Origin: an uncultured Methanosarcinales archaeon
GTDB taxonomy: Archaea > Nanobdellota > Nanobdellia > Woesearchaeales > UBA10107
Direction of reading: 5' to 3'
DNA length: 42,004 nucleotides
NCBI GenBank assembly: GCA_964572885.1
Contig: CAZNFC010000002.1
Span: forward strand, 1 to 42,004
The translations under genes were made by a program, and so were the position numbers. Shown one piece after another: positions 1 through 12,400 of this stretch. Each line of letters begins with the position of its first letter. Position 1 is the first letter of the stretch. A model generated the notes under the pieces. The model did no database searches and was not told the origin of the DNA. It saw only the letters and a program-made list of their open reading frames with translations.

Positions 1-2
1 AT

Positions 3-3000
3 TCAAATCCCTCACTTTGTAGTGCTGAAAGCGGCTCTTTCAGTGGCACGGTGCCAGACACAAACAATAGGTGTTGCGGAGTTACTGCAACATTAGGTTT
101 CATCTCTTCAGATGGAAAATATCTTTGCAATAATAAAAATGGGTGGCAATGGCAGAATCAGGCAACCATCGGAGCATTCAAGATAAATCCAGTTGACAGC
201 ACTTATGATGCAATCTCAAATGGAGATAAATGGTACAGATGCGATCCACTTAATCTTTTCAATTTTCCTTCATTCAAATTCAATGCAACAAATCTCAATC
301 CAACTCCGTCAGGAGATTATGTTTTTGGTCAGCCTGCCTCTCCAACTTTTAGCGGAGGCGTAGTATCATCAGACACAACAGGATTACAAGTTGTCACCCA
401 AGACACAGTATTTCAGGGAATAACTCAAGATCAGGTCATATTATCAAATACGATACAGTTTTCAACGCCACAGGGAATCGTCACAGCTACAATCTCTTCA
501 AAAGAAATAAAAGGAAATGATAAAATAAGTTTGACCATCCAGGGGCTTCCTGCAGTTTCTTTACTGAGAAATAACACAGGATTCAAGATTAAAGTATCAA
601 ATAACAACGCTCAAATAGAAGTAACAAGTCATTCAAATGCAACTCCAAACTCAGGTATTTTAGGTCCGGTCGAAATCACACTTCCTCCCATATCTTCGGG
701 AGTCCATGATTTAAATGTAACAATAGTGAGCTCCGTCACAAATTCAGTATTAAATAATTATTTCTGGCCAAATGCATTTACAAAATTAGACGACCCGATA
801 TCAAACAGTTTCAATCCGATTCTAATCAATCCATCAAGATTCTTTTGTTACAGAAGAGGCGGCACATCAACGAATGGAGCAATCGCAGAGTGCTGCGGTC
901 CTGATTATCGTTATTGCAATAATGCACAGCAGGACAATGTAAGAATTTCAGGAGGACCGACAGGATTATTGAAAGATTATTATGGAGATTATAATAAAAA
1001 TAATGTGCTTAGGGTCAATTTCCCGAAACTTGGCGGATATCCTGGACAGAGCAATCCTACAGTAGGTATCCCTTCGAATTACATATACAATGCAGATAAT
1101 CTGCTTGTTACTGATTGGAGCTATCAATATAGTTATTACAATTCCTTGGAATTTGACGTCTTATTATTAGGAACAAAAAGACTTAGCATCTCTCTGATAA
1201 AAACAGACAATACAGAGATTCCAATCCAAGGATCAGTGCTGTCATATTCAACTACAGGAGATGATTTAGGTAAGTGGCATCATATAAGAATACCATTGAC
1301 TGCTGCCATGAAATCAAATATTAAAACAATCAAGTTATATGCGAATGGCATAGATCTGTATAATGATTACTATTCTCTTCCAGGAGAGAAACCAAAATTA
1401 GACGGCGCAAATCAATTTTTGATATTTTTTGTTGACAGGTTTTATTTAAGCTCAGGTTTAACAAAATATTGTGCTACAAATACAACAGATTACGGAAGTG
1501 CAAGCACAGTCGGGAACTGGATAGGTGATTTAGACTCAGAAAGAGATGCATGCAATAACGTTGCTTCATATAAATGGACAGGAGTTCAGAACACAGGCTC
1601 AGCAAGCAATTACGGACCTTGCTGTGGAGATGACCAGGGAGCTACAGGAAAATTCAATGAATCTTATGTAACTCCTATCGCAGGTTGCTGGCAGGGAAGT
1701 TATACGGCAAATAATACTCCGGCAAATAATAATACTTTATTATTTTCAGATGGAACTTTCTATTCCTGTCTTAATCAGAATTTAGCAAGCGATCTTCAGA
1801 AGCCAACTACTACACAGACAACTACTGATGTTCAAAACAATCCAAATATCTGCGCAAATAAAGGCTCATGGTACTGTGATTTCGATACTAAATGGAAAGA
1901 TGCACTGTCATATAACGCAACTCGGCCTGTAAATGCATTAAAAAACAACACAGGATTGGATTTCAGTTATTTCAACCCAAATACACAAAACAGCCAGTCA
2001 TATAGCAACATCTCTTGCTGTCCGCAGGGATATTGTTTTGACGGCTCAGCAAATGGATGTGTTGCACCTTACGATAATCCAAAAACTCTTCCAATCGGAA
2101 AAGTATTCGGAGATACAGGATACAGATGCAGCAATACAGGAAACTGGACTTTAGTTTCTCTAAGAAAAGATTTCAATCAGGAAGACAGCGGATACTGTAA
2201 CGACGACACAGAATGTTATGCGACAGCAGACAGAAGATGCTTCAAATCTGGAGAATGGGACATAATAGGAGGAAAAGACAGATTCTGTTTCAACGGAAAC
2301 TGGACAACAAGAACAAAATATGTTGCAGCTACTTTATTGAATTACGCATCCACAAATGGTGGTTCAGACTGGGCATTATACTGCGACAAACCTGAAAACT
2401 CATTAGGAATAGAAGAAGCCCAGGGAATAGGGACGATAGAATACAATAGAGTAAATTATTTTGTCAGCCAATTAATATCAAACCCTTCAAAATCAACTTT
2501 CAATGACTACGTAGGATTCGATTCAGGATATTCAAATGTAGCAAATAATGGACTATGCGGCAGGACAGGATCATCAAATATTCCATGTGTAAACAACTTC
2601 TGCATATTAAGATATACAAATATTTTGGGAGACCACATAATACTTGGAACATCTCTGAATAAAGCATTGAATGAATCTACATTCCCTCTTCAGGAAGGAT
2701 TAGGTTTCAACAGGACAAGAGATGTCGTAGGAGCTATCTCTAACGATGAATCAATAAATTTAATATATCAGTCTCCGCAGTCAGGAAACTTCTATTATTC
2801 TTCACAGAAGCAGGTGTTGTTCTATACAGTAGATAACGGAATAAGTCTGACTCCAGGAACACTCGGAGAAAATATTTTGAACGTAATATTGCATCCGGTA
2901 AAGTCGATAGTCAATTTTATTTCTTCAGTAACTGCCGGTCCACAGAGCGCCGAATTAAATAATCTTCTTTCTAAAGTCACAGACTTCGACAGGGTTTACT

Positions 3001-3251
3001 TTGCTGTCAAAGGAACTAAGACTGTAGTCGGATTCCAGGAGACTAAATTCACTAATGTAAGCGGAGTTGCAGGATTGCAGACATTCCTATCGATAAATTA
3101 TACCAACTTTAACAACAATATATGCAATGCAATAATTTATCCACTTGGATGCAATCAAACAGACAGTTCACAATACGTCTTTGGAACGAAGACAGGCTCC
3201 CAGGAGTTCACAGAATGGAAAGATTTGACCGCTAAATTAAGAATAAGTTAA
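3..3251 (+). CDS. Giant secreted Cys/Asn/Thr-rich surface protein, 5'-truncated by the window edge (>=1083 aa visible)
   Basis: Uninterrupted frame-3 ORF. The track start at 51 is a GTG, and the same frame stays open back to nt 3 (SNPSLCSAESGSFSGT...), so the gene very likely starts upstream. No TM segment is visible. CCG motifs recur (RCCGVTA, AECCGPDYRYC, GPCCGDDQG, ISCCPQGYC) and N-x-S/T sequons are dense. One beta-sandwich/CBM-like stretch is present (WSYQYSYYNSLEFDVLL...WHHIRIPL...FFVDRFYLS). Confidence 0.8.
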   Translation, partial: SNPSLCSAESGSFSGTVPDTNNRCCGVTATLGFISSDGKYLCNNKNGWQWQNQATIGAFKINPVDSTYDAISNGDKWYRCDPLNLFNFPSFKFNATNLNPTPSGDYVFGQPASPTFSGGVVSSDTTGLQVVTQDTVFQGITQDQVILSNTIQFSTPQGIVTATISSKEIKGNDKISLTIQGLPAVSLLRNNTGFKIKVSNNNAQIEVTSHSNATPNSGILGPVEITLPPISSGVHDLNVTIVSSVTNSVLNNYFWPNAFTKLDDPISNSFNPILINPSRFFCYRRGGTSTNGAIAECCGPDYRYCNNAQQDNVRISGGPTGLLKDYYGDYNKNNVLRVNFPKLGGYPGQSNPTVGIPSNYIYNADNLLVTDWSYQYSYYNSLEFDVLLLGTKRLSISLIKTDNTEIPIQGSVLSYSTTGDDLGKWHHIRIPLTAAMKSNIKTIKLYANGIDLYNDYYSLPGEKPKLDGANQFLIFFVDRFYLSSGLTKYCATNTTDYGSASTVGNWIGDLDSERDACNNVASYKWTGVQNTGSASNYGPCCGDDQGATGKFNESYVTPIAGCWQGSYTANNTPANNNTLLFSDGTFYSCLNQNLASDLQKPTTTQTTTDVQNNPNICANKGSWYCDFDTKWKDALSYNATRPVNALKNNTGLDFSYFNPNTQNSQSYSNISCCPQGYCFDGSANGCVAPYDNPKTLPIGKVFGDTGYRCSNTGNWTLVSLRKDFNQEDSGYCNDDTECYATADRRCFKSGEWDIIGGKDRFCFNGNWTTRTKYVAATLLNYASTNGGSDWALYCDKPENSLGIEEAQGIGTIEYNRVNYFVSQLISNPSKSTFNDYVGFDSGYSNVANNGLCGRTGSSNIPCVNNFCILRYTNILGDHIILGTSLNKALNESTFPLQEGLGFNRTRDVVGAISNDESINLIYQSPQSGNFYYSSQKQVLFYTVDNGISLTPGTLGENILNVILHPVKSIVNFISSVTAGPQSAELNNLLSKVTDFDRVYFAVKGTKTVVGFQETKFTNVSGVAGLQTFLSINYTNFNNNICNAIIYPLGCNQTDSSQYVFGTKTGSQEFTEWKDLTAKLRIS

Positions 3252-3257
3252 AAATGT

Positions 3258-6200
3258 ATGAAAAAAGCGCAATTAACGATGTTTATAATTCTCGGAATTG
3301 TAATTATAAGTATTTTCGGGTTTGTTTTCTTTGCAACAGGGCAAGTTAGAAATATACAGTCTTCAGCCCAGACACAAAAAATAGTCTCTGATATCCTTCA
3401 GTCAACTCCATTGAAATTTTATGTAGGAAGGTGCGCAGATCTGGCTCTAGAATCAGGAATAGACCTGTTATCTAAGCAGGGAGGAAAAATATTTCCAGGA
3501 CAGCCAGGGAATCTATTAAAAAATCCAGAAAAAGCATATGTATATAGGGAAGATTCAAAGAATAAGACTTATGATGTAGCGTATGCAGTACTGAAAGACA
3601 ATACTCCTCTTCCTCAGTATCCATGCAAGATAGGATTTGATAATTATGACAAGCCAGAAGCATACTGCGAATACAGATCAACGATTGAGATCCAGCCAGG
3701 CATATTTGTAAACAATTCAAAATTCAGCAATCTGGATTTCGGAATAGTAAATCTTCCAAGATTATGCAAGAATTCATTCTCCGGATGCACATTCAGAGAG
3801 GGATGGGACACAAGATTCTCTGTGCAGTCCCAGCTGGAGTCATATGTTGCCGATTATATCAAAAAATGTGTAGATTTTGAATCGATTGTCAGCGTGGCAC
3901 AATCATACAATGTTACTGAGGGGGATCCTTCTGCAAATATTACATTCTCAGACACAGAAATTTCTGCAACAATAAATTTCCCGATAATAATTTCACCCAT
4001 AGGAAGCCAGCCGATAATAAATTTATTTAATTTCCAGAGTACAGTCCCGACAAGATTCAAATTGATATACGGTCTTGCCAGAGAAGCAGTCGTAAAGGAT
4101 GTGTCTTCTCCTACTGCTCCGACATATAATCTATTTGAAGGATTGAAACAGGCAATCATTAATAGATTCAAAGGCTCTGACAGCGGACTTTTAGTGGAAA
4201 AGAATGAAAACATAACATCTTACGACAATATAATAAAAATCATAGACACGACAGAGAAAGATAGGAATTCTGTCTTTCAATTTCTCGAGGAAAACAGACC
4301 TCCTGTATTAGAGTATGTGAATCCAAGAGGTAAAATATCTACAAAATGCGGAGAATATGATCTGATTCTGCTTCAGGGACAGAATTTTGATTTTAAACCT
4401 GAAGCTTTCGATACAGAAGAAAATAATATACAATTTAATTATTCAGGCTGGCTGGCTGATTACAATGAAACAATATCCCCTCCATACACTTATGATGAAA
4501 AAGGTTGTGTCATTAATTACGTTAGCAATAAACATAACTTTCTTAATTCTCAGGATAAAAGAGTGAAGCCAAATGGATTGATATCTACTCCGATAGAAAA
4601 AAGTGATACTGGTCCGCATACATTGACCGTATACGCATGCGATTCGCAGTATTGCGACTCTGAAAATGTCAGAGTTTTAGTAGATGATCTATTAGAGGTA
4701 AATGTCAATGGTTCAAACAGGTTCGGAACACAGACATTCTCGATAGAAGATCCTTATTCTTTTTCAGCTGATATAAAAGACATATGGAATCCCGGAAATT
4801 ACCTGTTCTCATGGATAATAAAAGACAGGACAACAAACAATGTAATTTACCAAAATGATTCCGGAGGACAGACAATCAGCCTTCCGTTAGAAAACTATGA
4901 TATTTTCAATATCAAGCAGAAATACATGTCATATAACGGTCAGCCTTTCATACTTACTTCAGGAAAATACACAGCGATAGGAAGCGTAAGCCAGGGACTT
5001 AATCAGCCAATCCAGTCTAATTTTGATTTTGATGTAAAGAACTGCCTTCCTACTCCTGGAAATACAAATCCTCCTTTCCCATATTATGATGGAGATCCAT
5101 TCGATGGAAATCATGCATGCTGTGAGAGTACAGGAGACTTAAGTTCTACTACAAAACAATGTTACACTCCAACTCCGACTTATGGAAGTTTCATGTCATT
5201 TAATACGGATAAATACAAAACACAATATGACGCAGGGCAAACTGTTGCAAAATCAGGAGTAGATTTAGATCAAATAAAAACAAGTTTCGCAACAGGGCAG
5301 GTAACTTCAACAACAAATGACATATTCAAAAGAGTATTCACAAGAAACTGCGATAGAAAAAGAGGAAACATGTGCAACGGAACAATGACAGAAACTTATG
5401 TTGATATTTCTGTTCCAGACAAGCAATCAGGAGAATCAGCAACATGTTTCGGACCTCCAAGAAAATATCTAAAGGCAAACACAATAACCGAGGAAGCACT
5501 TTCATCAACTCCGTCATATGAAAAATATGGAGAGAATCCAACTACAGCAAATCCTATTACGACATTTGAGAAGGAAGTCGGAATAACGAACAGCAGCTCT
5601 TGTAATGATAATAAAAAATGCGTTTCAGACAACAATGCGGCATATGGTTATACCCTAATCGGTCAAAATCCTCATTATGTATGTTCAGCTGCATGCAGCG
5701 TGGATGGATGTACAAGAACAGTTCCAGATCCAAGCATTTGCATAAATTGTTATGATCAACAAGCATGTACATTATCGGACGGAACTCCTGCTCCTACAAT
5801 ACCTACTCCTGGATCAAGAAATTCATTTTCAATAAAACAATTTAATACATGCGTGCAGACAAACAGCTGTCAATACACGACAAGCACGACAGCAGACAGC
5901 TGCAACGGAGACTTCTTGACTGATTACTATTGCAAGCAGGATCTGTCACAGACTGGAACCGTGCTAAATCAGCAGCAGATCAATTGCACAGATTACAACA
6001 GGCAGTCTGCATTAGATGATGGAGACACACCACTTTCAGCAGGAACATGCACTTATTATGATAAAAGCCTATGTTCTAATGGACAGTGCCAGCCGCAAAC
6101 CACTCCTATAAATAAACAGGAAGGAAGGCAGACAAACTCAACAACAAGTGAATATTATTATCAAGAATACATCATAGTAAATAATCAATGCAAGGAGAAA

Positions 6201-6350
6201 GATTACAATTATGACACAAATCCGACACTTTGCACAAGCACAGTATTTGATTGCGCAAGCGGTCCGAAACAAGGAACATATGACGGTTCAAAGCTAAATG
6301 TACAAGATAGATGCATAGGTGATGATTTGTCAGAAAGGCAAACTTGTTGA
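3258..6350 (+). CDS. Giant (1030 aa) surface protein with a class III (prepilin-like) N-terminus, Ig-like modules and a Cys-rich C-terminal half
   Basis: ATG lies 6 nt after the upstream stop. The N-terminus MKKA|QLTMFIILGIVIISIFGFVFFATGQ has a short basic n-region, then [GA]Q, then about 20 hydrophobic residues. Ig/PKD-like segments are present (ENRPPVLEYVNP..., GPHTLTVYACDSQYCDSENVRVLVDD). The last ~450 aa are very Cys/Thr-rich (HACCESTGD, CINCYDQQAC...). Confidence 0.85.
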   Translation: MKKAQLTMFIILGIVIISIFGFVFFATGQVRNIQSSAQTQKIVSDILQSTPLKFYVGRCADLALESGIDLLSKQGGKIFPGQPGNLLKNPEKAYVYREDSKNKTYDVAYAVLKDNTPLPQYPCKIGFDNYDKPEAYCEYRSTIEIQPGIFVNNSKFSNLDFGIVNLPRLCKNSFSGCTFREGWDTRFSVQSQLESYVADYIKKCVDFESIVSVAQSYNVTEGDPSANITFSDTEISATINFPIIISPIGSQPIINLFNFQSTVPTRFKLIYGLAREAVVKDVSSPTAPTYNLFEGLKQAIINRFKGSDSGLLVEKNENITSYDNIIKIIDTTEKDRNSVFQFLEENRPPVLEYVNPRGKISTKCGEYDLILLQGQNFDFKPEAFDTEENNIQFNYSGWLADYNETISPPYTYDEKGCVINYVSNKHNFLNSQDKRVKPNGLISTPIEKSDTGPHTLTVYACDSQYCDSENVRVLVDDLLEVNVNGSNRFGTQTFSIEDPYSFSADIKDIWNPGNYLFSWIIKDRTTNNVIYQNDSGGQTISLPLENYDIFNIKQKYMSYNGQPFILTSGKYTAIGSVSQGLNQPIQSNFDFDVKNCLPTPGNTNPPFPYYDGDPFDGNHACCESTGDLSSTTKQCYTPTPTYGSFMSFNTDKYKTQYDAGQTVAKSGVDLDQIKTSFATGQVTSTTNDIFKRVFTRNCDRKRGNMCNGTMTETYVDISVPDKQSGESATCFGPPRKYLKANTITEEALSSTPSYEKYGENPTTANPITTFEKEVGITNSSSCNDNKKCVSDNNAAYGYTLIGQNPHYVCSAACSVDGCTRTVPDPSICINCYDQQACTLSDGTPAPTIPTPGSRNSFSIKQFNTCVQTNSCQYTTSTTADSCNGDFLTDYYCKQDLSQTGTVLNQQQINCTDYNRQSALDDGDTPLSAGTCTYYDKSLCSNGQCQPQTTPINKQEGRQTNSTTSEYYYQEYIIVNNQCKEKDYNYDTNPTLCTSTVFDCASGPKQGTYDGSKLNVQDRCIGDDLSERQTC

Positions 6351-6392
6351 GAAGGCCTAAAACGTGGATTATAGGTCAAAACAAGCACAACA

Positions 6393-6400
6393 TTTATAAA
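6393..6400 (+). promoter_or_regulatory. Putative TATA box (TTTATAAA) upstream of the 2056-aa gene, followed by a short hairpin
   Basis: It lies in an 86-nt gap, about 37-44 nt upstream of the start codons at 6437-6443. The hairpin GCTAAGT-tcaa-CTTAGC at 6410-6426 sits between the TATA box and the start. Confidence 0.4.
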
Positions 6401-6436
6401 CGAAACTTTGCTAAGTTCAACTTAGCATAAAAGAGT

Positions 6437-9400
6437 GTGATGATGGACAAAAGAGGCCAAATATTAGTGTTATTTATCTTCACGTCTTTCTTATTAATTC
6501 CAAGTTTATTTGCCCAGACACAAGGCGGGTGTTGCGCAACATCTTCTCAAGAAGTTTGTCCTTATGTAAGCTCTCAATCTGAATGTGATGTTTACGGCGG
6601 AACATATAATTCAGGCGTTTCATGTCCCAACACACCGGGATGTGAATTGGTTTGTAAAGTCTGTGAACCAAGATCGGGAACAACAGGAATCTCACAACTT
6701 TTATGGGGAACACCAATAACGGGTTGTGAAGCAGCAGGATCTAATCTTGTTCAAAACGGTGTTGACCTTACAAAAACACAAGATCAATGCCAAGGTACAC
6801 CTTCATCAGCTCTCGCAACAAATCTTCCAGATGTTGAGGGAAGTGTAAAAGATGGAACCACACCGATTGTTGGCGCCATGGTTTGGTGTACAGGAAGTTC
6901 AACAACATCAGTATCTAATGGATATTACAAAGTAGAAAATTGTTCTATCGGAACAAACGTTGTTTATGCAAGATTTGGGACCAAGTCAGGAAATGCATTG
7001 TTATCTCCGGCATTAGGATCTGGAGCAAACGCAGGAGAAACATTAAGGTCTAATGTAAATATACAGCTTCTTGCAGGAAACTCAAAACAAATAACGATAA
7101 GAGCAAGAAACTCAGCATCACCGACCACACCAGTCACAGCATCCATCACAATTCAAAACAATGCATCAGGATTTCAGGAGACAAAGTCAGGAACTGATGT
7201 GATCTTTAATGTAAAACCGGAAATAGTCCTTATTTCAGCATACGCTTCAGGATTCAAACCGATTTTCAATTCAGTTGATTTCACAGCAATATCTGATTAT
7301 ACCGTTCTTATGGAAACGCAACCGACAATAACTTTGAGCGGGTTTACTTTAGATAATTCGGTGACTCCTAATACTATACTCGGCGGAGTTCTTGTTAAAG
7401 CAGTCTCGAATAGCATAATACTTGCTCAAACAACAACAGGAAATGACGGTTCATATTCATTGAATGTCCCAAGCAGCTCATCATTCAGTTTAATTGCAAG
7501 CAAAACAGGATATTCTGATGCTACAATATCAAATTTGATTTATACTTCTGCTTCTACAAAAAATATTTCATTGAGTTCATCAGCAGTTCCTACTACAGCA
7601 ACTGTAAATGTACTTGCTAAAGACCAATCAAGTAATCCTATATCAGGAGTAAGAATAAGACTTGGACAAAACGGACCTATACAGGAAACAGGGGCTGACG
7701 GAAAGACAGTCTGGTCTGGGTTATCTATGGGAAGTTCTTATACTTTTTATGCGCATGCTGATAATTATAACGACGTATTCAAATCAATAACAATAGTTTC
7801 TGCATCATCAAATCTAGATATAACTCTGACAAGCGTTCCGACAATGATTTTAAACGGAAATATCATTAAAACAAGTTGTACAACTTCATGCGGAATATCA
7901 GGCTCACAAGTTGTTATGTCCGATGGTTCAACTACGACAACAGACTCAAATGGAGCTTTCACAATAACAAGAAAAGTAACAAATAAAGTAGAGACGATTT
8001 ATGTAACTTCACCAGGATATCTTCCAAATACTGCAACAATTCCTTCAAACGCCGGGTCAGGGGGAAGTTACGGCCCTGTCCAGATATCACTTACTCCTGC
8101 CTTATGCAATGATGTCAATAATCTTGGAGACATAGCACTCAATTCTCAGGCGATAGAAGACACTATAAAGATAACATGGTCCGCAAGCTGTCCACCTCCA
8201 CAAAATCAATATACAGTCCTTAGAAAACTCGAAGGAGAGCAGTATGTTCCTGTACAATTTGTAACTCAAGCTCCCTTTGAATATAACGAATTGAATGCTG
8301 CTGAAAATAAAACATATTGTTTCAAAGTAACTGCAACTTACAGTAATTTCGGAGGAATAGTCAAGACTTCAAATGAACAATGTGTAAATGTCGGATTCAA
8401 AGAATGTTTTTCTCTTCCTAGCGAATTCTGTTCAGGAAATACAAGAATCACCTGCACAAATAGGACAAATATCCAGCCACTCCCTGCAAACCAACAGTGT
8501 TCTTCTGATCAAATATGCGTAAGAGAATCACAATCTGTAACAAGATGCTTGTCAGCAAATCAATGCGATTTATGCAACAGACCATTTGGAGTATTTTCTC
8601 AGTCGGCATCGTTCATACAATATACTCAGGGAGCATTATTTGGAGGCATATACAGAAACGATACAAATGTATTCGACTGTTCCGTACAGAGCCTAATTTC
8701 GCCTCAGGCAGTAGGATGTTATTTGGACAGCTCAAAGACAGTAGTGGATAAATATGATTCATGCGCAGATGTTAAATCATGCTACGATTACAATTCAGCA
8801 GCAGCATGCGGCCAGAAAAAGTGTACCCCTTCATTAAATTGTCAATGGAGTTCCTATTCAAATTATTCAGATTTTAGAATCGGAGTATGCAAACCAGTCG
8901 GAATCGATTCAAATAAGCAGGACTGTGCAGAATTCAACAATGCATTGACAAGAGGAGGAGGTTTGAGGGATTATATCTTCAATAAAGTATTTTCAGCAGA
9001 AACAGGAAATGTCGCAAAAGAACTTTGTTCATTATATGGCGATGCTTGTTTCTACAAGGCGAGTACTCAATCATGTTTGAACAAAGATCAAGTAACTTGT
9101 TATGATTATGGAAGTTCCCAATCTGAATGTGAAGGAGCAGCAGGACAAAGCAACCCTGTCAACATAAACGTCACTTGGGGAGCAATACCTGGACAGGGAG
9201 TGATAAAAAAGAGCGGAAGCAACAAAATACTGCAAAGAAGCAATGATGCAGTAGGAATAGGATTATGCAGGTTCACTAATACCTGCATAAAGGATGCTGA
9301 TAAAAGTCTGTCTTCTGACTGCGATCCATCAGATGCAAGCTGCGGTCTTGATGTAAGTCCTCCGAATACTTCAATAGATTATACTGAATATGTAAACTCG

Positions 9401-12400
9401 ACATCTCTTAGCTATACTGCAGTTGATGATAAATCAAGTCAGCAGTCAATAAGGACATACTCACACGTAATCAGGACTACACTTCTCCAGTCGGCTTTAT
9501 TGCAGAAATATCCTTATCAAAGCGAACAGGCACAGAACGGAAAAACTTTAGATCTTCCTTGCGCGGGATTAGTAACACCTTCTAATGAAGGAGATAACTG
9601 CACTATGCTTTATTTCTCAGAAGATTCTTCACATAATCTCGAAGAAGTAAAAAAAATAAATTTCATATTAGACACAGTGAGGCCGAATATCACTGCAACA
9701 TATTCGATAAAACCATATCCTCTTGACAATAAAGTAGATTTGACAGTCAATCTTAAATTAGGAAAAGACTTCCAAGGTTACTGCGTAGATTCTCCAGAGT
9801 TAGGTCTTTGTGTTCAGGGAAGAACATGTCCCGAAATGCCATTTATATCAACAATAGGTATTCCTGGAAATCCAAATGAATGGAGTGCCACATATAGAGA
9901 GATTCCTACCGGCGATAATGGAGTTCCTGCAACATTTTCATGGAGATGTTATGATAAGGCAGGAAATAAAGCAGAGGATCCGTCAAGCATACAGTTAAGT
10001 TTAGATGCAGATGGAATAATATCAAATCCGAGTTTAGTAACGACAAAATCAGGAGTGCCTGTTCCTATTTATGTTCACACACAAAATCCAGGTTCATGCA
10101 GATATATAGATATATCACAAACAGGAAAACCTTTCGATCAATGGACTCCATTTGATAATGTTGATACAATAAGTGAGGGGAGTGATTACAAATACAGTTC
10201 CACTATTCCTTCGCTGTCAGGTTCAAACGAAAGATACAGGTTCAAAGTTAAATGTAATCTTACTGATGTGTCAGATTTGGTAGAAGGAAGAGACAGTGAT
10301 GATATAAGAATAACAATTGATGATAAACCTCCTGTAACACAGCCATATACTTTAGAAAAAGGAGATTACTCTTTTACAAATCCTCAATGGCTAAGTACTC
10401 CTTCATTAAGATTAAGATGTGCAGATGCTCCGCAAGGAGATTTGGAATATCCTCATGAAATAGGATGCCTGGGACTCTCATATTGCCTGAACAATTATGC
10501 ATCTCCTGCAGAAACTCCATGTACTTTAGTTCAAAGTTCTCCTGATGTACTTATAGACTTGTCAGGAAAAGATTCAGCTGTGTTAAGTTATTCTTCATCT
10601 GATAAATTAGGAAATGTAGAGACGGGAAGTCCTAAACAACAATTATTGCTTCTTGACTATATGCCTCCTGTCCTGAATTTAAATTATCCTCTGAATACTA
10701 CATTCATAGTTCAGAAAGAAGGATACGTGACACTATCAGGATTTGTAAATAATTTAGGTCCTGATGGATGTGTCGGAAGTTCATCTATCTCTCCAAATGG
10801 ATGCTTATCATCACCATTGAGCAGTATTTATTACGAACTAAGATACAGGACTCAGCCAACTTTAACAGAGCATCAGCTTAATGAGACGATACAACAGTCA
10901 GGATATGGAACGATAAATATACCTACAAGAACTATCGTATTGAAAGATAATAAAGTGAATGAATTAAGCATTATTGCAAGAGATCAGGCAGGCAATCCAA
11001 GCAGCACAATACCGATAGTCATAGTACATGACAGCTTAGGTCCCAATATATCGCAGGCCACAATAAATGGAAACGATATCAACTCATCAATTAATGTTCC
11101 ATTCGGACAAGATTACGATTTGTCTATAGGAAATCTGAAAGATATATACCCAGATTCTGCTGACTTATTTTCAAGAGTAGATTCAGTCTGGGTAAAAGAT
11201 ATGTTCGGAGCAAAATATAATCTGCATAGGAGCGGAACAGTATGGGTCGGAAAGATAAAGACAGGAGTATGGCCTATAACAACATCAGCATTCAGAACAT
11301 TCATAACTGTATTTGCAAATGATACTTTAGGAAATCCTGAGGAGAAACCGATTCAGGTTAATATCGTAGTCAAAGATACCACACCTCCGGTTGCTACATA
11401 CAAGTTTGAAAACTCATACGGAGAGAATGTAAATCAATTAGTTAAAGGATTGAATTATATGGTTCTTCAGGCATCTGAAACATTGGATAATCTCAGTATG
11501 AATCTGACATCAATAGATAATCCAAGCATACAATACAAAGTAAGGTTTGTTGCAAGAGACTTTGATGCGGTGACGTGGATAGGAATCATAAATGTAACGG
11601 ATACAGTTACCCCTCTTAGGGCAGCAGGAATAATGTACGATTCAAATGGACTCAACTCATCGGATTTCACCCATATTTCAGGTTCAGTAAACGTAGATAT
11701 AAATCCTTTAGAGATAACTGAGCCAATACCTTTAGGAGCTATCCCTAACGATGGCATATATTATGTCATTGAAAGGCCTGTAATATATAGTACGTTAGGA
11801 TTCTCAAATCAGTTCAATGTAAATGGAGTCATATCGACTTCAAATCCTGTTTCAGGACTAAACTTAGGAATTAATGATGTCACAATCAGAGTAGAGGATG
11901 ATTCAGGAAATTATAAGATATTCAATCAAAAAGTATTCGTGAACTCGACATCATCATTATCTTCTTCAGGAGATTCAGTTCTTAATATAGTAACAAAACC
12001 ATTAACTAACGCAGATCCTTTGTATGCAGAAGTTCATGTTTCCGGAGGATCTCCAGTTTCAGCACCAAACATATTCTTAGATGGAAACTCATTATCTCTA
12101 ACGAAATTAGATAACGGATCGTATTATTACAAACAGACAAGAACTGATATATCTGAAGGAGCGCATACAATCACATCTGTTGTAACGAGTCAGGGACCTC
12201 TGCAAGTATCAGCATCACCTGTTCAAATAAATGTGGATAGACATGTACCAGGAATAAGCAGCATATCTGCAAACGATTTAAGCAATGTGAAGCTGATTGA
12301 TTCTCAGATTACTTCAAGAAACCAGACTTTGGACCTGGTCAGCTATTATAATGATTCAGACATATCAGAAGCTTATGTAATAGGAGATGATGGGGCTAAA

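Noticed and set aside
2213-2395. 60-aa + strand ORF inside the first giant gene. The same applies to 8515-8751 and 19097-19282 inside other genes.
   Set aside because: These are out-of-frame internal ORFs fully embedded in much longer, better supported coding frames.
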